Shown here: piece by piece, positions 58,030 to 64,000 of the stretch
Position numbering within the stretch: the first letter of the stretch is position 1
Layout: the number at the start of each line of letters is the position of its first letter
From: Lama guanicoe
Taxonomy: Eukaryota
Reading direction: 5' to 3'
DNA: 64,000 nucleotides
NCBI GenBank assembly: GCA_013239625.1
Contig: MU054187.1
Coordinates: forward strand, 496,001 to 560,000
Notes under the pieces: generated by a model
What the model was told of the DNA's origin: nothing
The model's input: only the letters and a program-made list of their open reading frames with translations
Database searches by the model: none
Program-made: the position numbers and the translations under genes

Positions 58030-58920
58030 AGTGAATCAATCCGCAGAGCCTCTCGCGGATGGCCGCCACGCAGGCACGAGCCGGCGTGGTCCACCCGCTG
58101 GACCCGGGTCCAGGAGGCTCCGGGGAGGTGTCCGCCCAGCGCAGGCTGGGGCCGGGGGCGCACAGGTCTGCCGGGCGCACAGGCTCCCGGCCCCAGCCAA
58201 GGGCGCCAGAAAACCCCTACGTACTTCTCCTACAGGGATAAAAAAATAAGTCTCCCCCGAGACACTGAAACAGTTCCCCCGACAGGTGCTTCCTCGCCTG
58301 AGGGTCTAACCCGCAGGTGAGGTGGGAGAAGTCTAGTCGGCGAAACTGGGGAGCAGTTTTCCTGGAGGGTCAGGGGAGCGCCGGCTTCTTGGTGGGTGGC
58401 TGTGGGGGCTCCCCCCACCCTAGCCTGGGCCCAGACACAGCAGGAGCGGCTCGGGTACCGAGGGCGGCCCCTCCCGGGTCACAGACCAGCGCCCTCCGCC
58501 AGCATCTGTCCTGCGGGCGCCCCGCGAGCAGAAGCTTAAAAAACGCCGTCATATGTGTGCATGTGTGTGCGCGCGCACGTGCGCAGGCGTTTGTTGGATC
58601 TGTACCTTCTTTCCTTCTATCAAAACTATGCAAAATTGCTTGGAAAACACAGACCCGCCGACGACCCGGACCTGGATACTTGCTCGGGAAATTCCCGAGT
58701 TCCCGCGTTGGCTTGGAGGAGGGGGCGGTCCCCACGGCGCCGTTATTTTCTGTCTTCCGTGCAGGATGTCCTCCCACGCGCTCGCGCCGCTCGGCTCTCT
58801 GCGCTGCACGCCCCTCGGGGCGGAGGACGCTCCGGGCACGGTGGGCGCGGCGCTGGCACCGCGCACCACCTTCCCCCCGACGGGATGTGGGCGGTTCCCC
58901 TCATCTGCTGCTCGAGCCTT
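58030..58920. promoter_or_regulatory. CpG-rich segment / candidate enhancer
   Basis: Dense CpG. It contains a perfect kB site (58686-58696) and a 36-bp alternating purine-pyrimidine tract. Confidence 0.5.
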
Positions 58921-59217
58921 GAGCCGGAGATTTTATGAATTTTACGACTATACTTAGAGACACTGAGATTCCTCTTAGATTTGCAAACTGGACAGATTCT
59001 GAGCAGGATCCCTGCAAAGCTGATCGGCACAGAGGCCACTCTGCTGGGACGGAGATGCCCCATTTCTTCCACATGTGGTGGCTGCCCTGTCATCCTGCCT
59101 GGAGAACCTGAGTCTGGGGTCCTGGCTGAGGAGCTCCCTGTCCTGAAATCCTGATGTGCCCTCCAGTTAGCAGCTTAGGGGCAAGTGGACACTACCAGGA
59201 GCTTCTAGGGCCAGCTG

Positions 59218-59375
59218 ACTCTCACAACACGGTGGTGTGAGGTGAGCTGTGCCCATTTCACCGACCAGGAAACCGAGGCCCAAAAAGTTTAGGATGGCAT
59301 CTCGAAGGTCACCTGGGGGCAGGTACAGTTGGGACTCAAAGTGAGACCTCCCAGACCACAATGTTCTGCTCTCTC
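59218..59375 (-). mobile_element. MIR fragment
   Basis: CTCACAAC...CCCATTTCACCGACCAGGAAACCGAGGCCCA...AAGGTCAC...GGGACTCAAA. Confidence 0.65.
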
Positions 59376-62300
59376 TGCCGTGCACAGTGGTTTCACGGGG
59401 TGTCTGTAGTTCTCCAGAGCTCTGGCTGGGGATGAGGCACACTCGGGAATTCTGACTTTTTGTGTGATTTTGAGAGAAGCGGGCTGTTTTCCGTGTCAGC
59501 TCATTCTTGTTGTGTGATTTCTCTTGGTCCCCCGGGCTCTGGGTCTCACAGATGCTGTCCCGGCGCGTGGCTCGTCCCGGGCCAGCACGTGCTGGGCGTC
59601 AGGCAGGGCTGCTGAGGGAGCTGCAGCCTCCGTCCGTGGTAGTCCTGCACAGGCAGAACCAGCCCAGAAGCCCCTCTGCTCCCGACCGGAGTGTGAGCGG
59701 GCAGGTTTGGCCAGGTCCCTCGTTAGGCGGGTGGACTGGTCACCAAGTAAGTGAACCACTTTACCAGTTTAAGGCCCAGGGTGTGTGCGTCCCATTGGTC
59801 TTTGAAATACCGCTTTTCACCGTCTCTGACAAGCGCAGTGGATACTTTTATCTTGGCCACATCTGTGTGCTTTCAGCTTTCTGTTTATGTCAAATAGTCA
59901 CACTTGCTGGCAGCTCTGTTCAGCAGCACATGGGGCGGGGGCGGGGGCGGGGTGGGACGTGCTTGTGGACTTTCCTGCACTTGAGGCAAGTCTCTCAAGT
60001 GCCTCCCGCCTGCCTCCTGCCCCTCCTGGGAGGGCTGAGCACCGCTGGGAGCCGCTGCACCGTCCTGCAGGAACCTACTGACCGCCCTCATTTCCAGTAT
60101 GCACCTTGTGAAGTCAAGCCGCATTTCAGCAGCTCCCTTTTACTCACAATTCTAGGAAAAGTTCCCTTTGAATGTCTTCCTGCCAGAGGACGGGCTGGCC
60201 CTGCTCCTGTGTGCTGGGCGGGCGACCTCTTCACCAGCTCCTGCCGAGGGGGCCTGGGAGCTGAAGCGTCCGGAGGACGGGGCCGTGCCCGCCCCACGGG
60301 AGGTCACACTGACTCATCTCTGCCTCTGTGTCCAGCCCATCACACCTCCAGATGCGCCCAGGAAGCAGCCCCTCCGCCCTCCCCTGCCTGGTGTCCCCTC
60401 CTCCGTGTCCCCCTGGTCTGCTATCCACGGGGTGAAGCAGGCTGTCAGGTCACATGAAGCTGACGGCTCCCAGGGCCTGCTGTCTCTTCCAGAGCCAGGT
60501 GACCTCAGAGATGTCTGGCCACTTTGACCTCACCTCTCACCCCCTTTCCTCCTGTGCCGACCACCCCTCTTGTAGTTCTTGCCTCAGTGTCCCCTGCATT
60601 CCCTCCCCTCACCGGAAAGTTTCTTCCAGTCAGCTGCCTTCTTGCTGGTGTCTGCTTCTGTGATGGCATCAGAGAAGCCCCTGGGGCCACTTGCAGTGAA
60701 GTAGTGGCCCGGCTCTGGCAGCTGTGCACTTGCTTTGCTGGACAGTGGCTTTGCCTTCTGGTCCCCTGACCTGCTCGTGAGTCCCCGACCTCGAGCCTGG
60801 GGTACCACTGGAGCCCTGGGACACAGGGCAGCGCTTGCCTGGAATAAACGCTCTCTCAACGTTAGCCCGAGGGTGGTGGCTGAGCTACAGAGGGTGGCCA
60901 GAGACAGCCCAACGGTCCTCACTCCTGGGGAGGGCAGGAGTTGGCCCGGGAGCTGGGGGCGGAGGGCAGTGTGCTCTGAGGGGCTGAGGCCAGGGCTACA
61001 CCTTAAAAGCAGGACGCTCCAGTGCAGGGCCTCCCGGCTTGACCCCACATGACAGGACTTTGGTCTCCCTCTGGATTTGTCTTTGGTTTTTGTCTGGATG
61101 GACACTGACTAAAGAAAGGACAGACTCTCACCGGAAGCTGACCATCAACAGTCCACACTCCGTGGAGCTAGCGGGCAGGAGCGGGGGGGCCACCGCCACC
61201 TGAGGATTCCACAAGTCCCACTGACGGCGTCAGCCAAGCCAAAGCATGGGGTTGGACAGGTCAGCCTTCTGACGGTTGCAGGGAGCGGGCGACCCTGGTT
61301 TACGTCCAGGTCTGTGTTGGGCCCCCCAGTTACCTTCTATTGGAAAGGCCAGTGGTGACGCTTAGGGCCTAGAGGACTGAGGGACAGGCATTACTGTTGG
61401 GGGAGAGGGGCTGCGGGGCAGCCGCGAGTCTCACCAGCACCAGGGCTGGGGCCCTGCTGGCCCTCGGGCTGCCAGCACCGGGAAGCCCATCCCCTTGGAG
61501 GGGAGGGGAGCGGCGGTGTCCACAGAGACGTCTCCTGACCAGGTGACCCGGCCTCTTCCCCGGCTCCTGGGGGAGGGCCCAGCTGCTCCACCGAGACACC
61601 ACTTTCTCGTCTCAGGCAGCTAGAAAATCACCAACATTAGAGAGTCTGAGAAAATGCTGTTCTAGAACTTCCCTGTTCTGCTCAGGGCTCCTGCTTTCCC
61701 TCCGGGTTAGGGAAGAGCAGGCTGGGTCTCCTGTCCTGATGCATTGTTGCAGGCCTGCTGGGCCCGCTCTCTTGAGAGCAGGAATAGACAACGGTACGTC
61801 CACAGCGAGGCAGGATGGCCTCCCGTGTGCTGGGACAGCTCTGCCGTTTCTTCTGTGACGCCCCCTTCCTGGTGTCGGCTCCAGCTTGGCGGGACAAGGC
61901 TGCCCAAGGCTGGAGGGCGCCCGTCTAGGGACAGCAGGGAGCACTGCCCCAGCACTGGTGCAGCCTGGGTATGGCCTGGGGAAGGGGGCCCCGGGCCCGG
62001 CACAGCGTCGGGGGCGGGGATGGGTCTGGGCCGCCGGCCTCTCCTGGGCAGGCCCTGCCTGAAGCCAGCCAGCTCCCGGTGAAGGGCCCGGAGCAGTGGC
62101 CCCGGTGCCAGCGGCCCGGGCACGGCCTGTGTCTCCGGCTGGTCCTCGGCCATCACTGCTCCTGCAGCTCCAGGGTGTTGAGCCCCAAGTGCTTTGCACC
62201 CTGTTCTCATCCGTCTCTGCTTTTTCTCCACTTACCCCAGCTGCGTCGCTGGTAGGGGGGGCCCTGGTCCCAGAGAGCCCCACGATGTGAGCAGCTCCGC

Positions 62301-62663
62301 TGCCCCTGCACGCGCCCGGGCCGGACAAGGGGCCAGCTGGGGGCTCCCTCCTGGGCCCCCTGGGACTGAGAGCCGGATCCTTAGTTCAGCAGGGAAATAC
62401 TGAGTTTCCCGTGACGAGGAACATAGGAAAGGGCCATTCGAGGCTCCTCTCTCAGCTCCTTACCTTTCTTTTCCTCCCACCTTTCCAGAAACAGCTGAAA
62501 CTGGAAATAGCTGAAGGCCCACACTTAAGTCCCCGCCTTGTGCTCACGTCCCTTTCCCCCACCCTCTTCTGGCGGGGGGACACTTGGGCTGTGGTGTCAG
62601 CGGATGTGGATTTGGGCCTGACGGGATCCTCGTATGGCTTTGGGTAGCCTGCCCACCCCTCCA

Positions 62664-62803
62664 AGCCTCATTTCCTCATGAATCACCCGCAGTGACGCCA
62701 GTGGTCGCCTCCCCGAGTGCCCCCGCCGTGGCCAAGTTACATCGTTCCAATAAAATGTTTCGTGCTGTCCTGGCACACGGTAAACATTCAATAATAGTTG
62801 GCT
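62664..62803 (+). mobile_element. MIR 3' half
   Basis: GCCTCATTTCCTCAT...CCTGGCACACGGTAAACATTCAATAATAGTTGGCT. Confidence 0.6.
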
Positions 62804-63360
62804 CTGGCCTATTTGGGGCACTTGCACCTAAATCCATTTTGAAAAATCTGAGAAACGGGAACCAAGTTTCGAGGTATAAAGAAAAATCATAGTTAGAATT
62901 TATGTATTACTCCTCTTGGAGGAAAAATGGAGAAGCTGGCAAATAGAAGGCCGATTTTCCAGAATCATAAAGAATAAACTCTTCTAGGAAAGTGACTTGT
63001 TTTGGATGGTGGAGATTTTAACTTGTTATATAGCAGCTTTAAAATTTGAACCCTTTTGGTGACAATCTTTTTGAAATATACTCTCCAATTTCCTGCCTTC
63101 TTATGCAAAGTTTCCAGGACATAATCCATCAGTTTCCTTCTGTGCAGGGTTGTCACTGTCTCCATCAATTGCGCAGCACCGTTTTGGATGCTGGTGGTGT
63201 GGAGGGCGGGGCTTGCTGGACTCCCCCATCTTCCCTGTTTTTCCATGAGGTGAGCACCTCCCACCTGCTCTGAGCTGCGGGGGCTCGAGCCTGGGCCTCC
63301 AGCTCCACTCTCGCTCCCCTTTTGGACAAGGCAGACTTGCCAGGCTTCTCCCGGTGCTGT

Positions 63361-63361
<1 letters not shown>

Positions 63362-63403
<42 letters not shown>
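63362..63403. repeat. (AC)21 microsatellite
   Basis: Read directly from the sequence. Confidence 0.98.
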
Positions 63404-63405
<2 letters not shown>

Positions 63406-64000
63406 TGGGCAGGGCGGGGGAGGGTTTGCAGACGCAGGAAGTCTACTGATATCCTCTGCGGGGACTGCGGACACTTGGAAGATGCTAGAATGCAGGTCTC
63501 AGTACAAGTGAGGGTTTACTGTTCTCTTTTACATTCTTTTTAACCTTACACTTTCCAACTATACTTTTCAATCTTTCTTCACAAACACTTGGGAAGGACT
63601 AAACCTTCACTTAGTGATCTGTGTTCTTAACGGATTTTAGGGTCTTTGCTGGAGGGAGGGGGTGGTTTGTCCTTAGCAAGTGCACCTGGGAGTGAAGGGT
63701 AAGTTCAGACTCGCAGACTGACTTCTGCACCGACGCCTCGGTTGTCAGTGGCGGGAGTTCTGCGGGTCAGAGGAGCGCTGACTTTGACTGCACTACCTGA
63801 AGGTTGACTGAGGGCAGCAGGCGTGGGAGGTCCAGGTGCCTCCCCAACGTACACACGGAAGGGTAGAGCCAGGGTGGACAGGATTTGCCCCTGCCTTGCC
63901 CAGGCCTCTCTCTGCTCCCACGTCGCTCAAACTCGGGAATGTGCAGAAAAAGTCATAAGGACAGCCTCCGCACTTTGCACTTAAAGTAAGGTCACATGTA

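Noticed and set aside
1307-62328. Many 150-316 aa ORFs rich in Pro/Gly/Arg/Ala (e.g. 1307-2062, 59507-60457, 61612-62328)
   Set aside because: They overlap in several frames and on both strands and show no recognisable domains. This is expected from stop-codon scarcity in GC-rich DNA.
62965-63543. ORFs containing CVCVCV / HTHTHT runs
   Set aside because: They are translations of the (AC)21 microsatellite.

Overview
Mammalian genomic DNA, GC- and CpG-rich like a subtelomeric isochore. It is very probably from a camelid: a tRNA-derived SINE with target-site duplications lies at 27643-27816, and an artiodactyl-type L1 3' end at ~48105-48374. I could not recognise any host protein-coding exon, RNA gene or gene symbol in the 64 kb. 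The window looks like an intergenic region or a very large intron, and nearly all listed ORFs are by-products of high GC or tandem repeats. Supported content: a 21/42-bp minisatellite (187-1231); two old minus-strand LINE-1 copies that keep their 5' ends (~9240-13965, ~31745-33610); several plus-strand L1 3' fragments; a frameshifted hAT/Charlie transposase fossil (~33612-34010) abutting an L1 5' end; MIR, L2, MLT1 and LTR33 remnants; microsatellites; several CpG-rich islands (strongest ~45990-47060); and two assembly gaps. Leads worth checking are a possible spliced minus-strand transcript from the CpG islands, motif clusters (tandem STAT5/BCL6, NF-kB, RE1, MARE, TCF/RBPJ) and strong AT-to-GC drift in the old repeats. 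I found no convincing evidence of a new biological system. Repeat family names come from remembered consensus sequences, not from a search, and most repeat boundaries are approximate.
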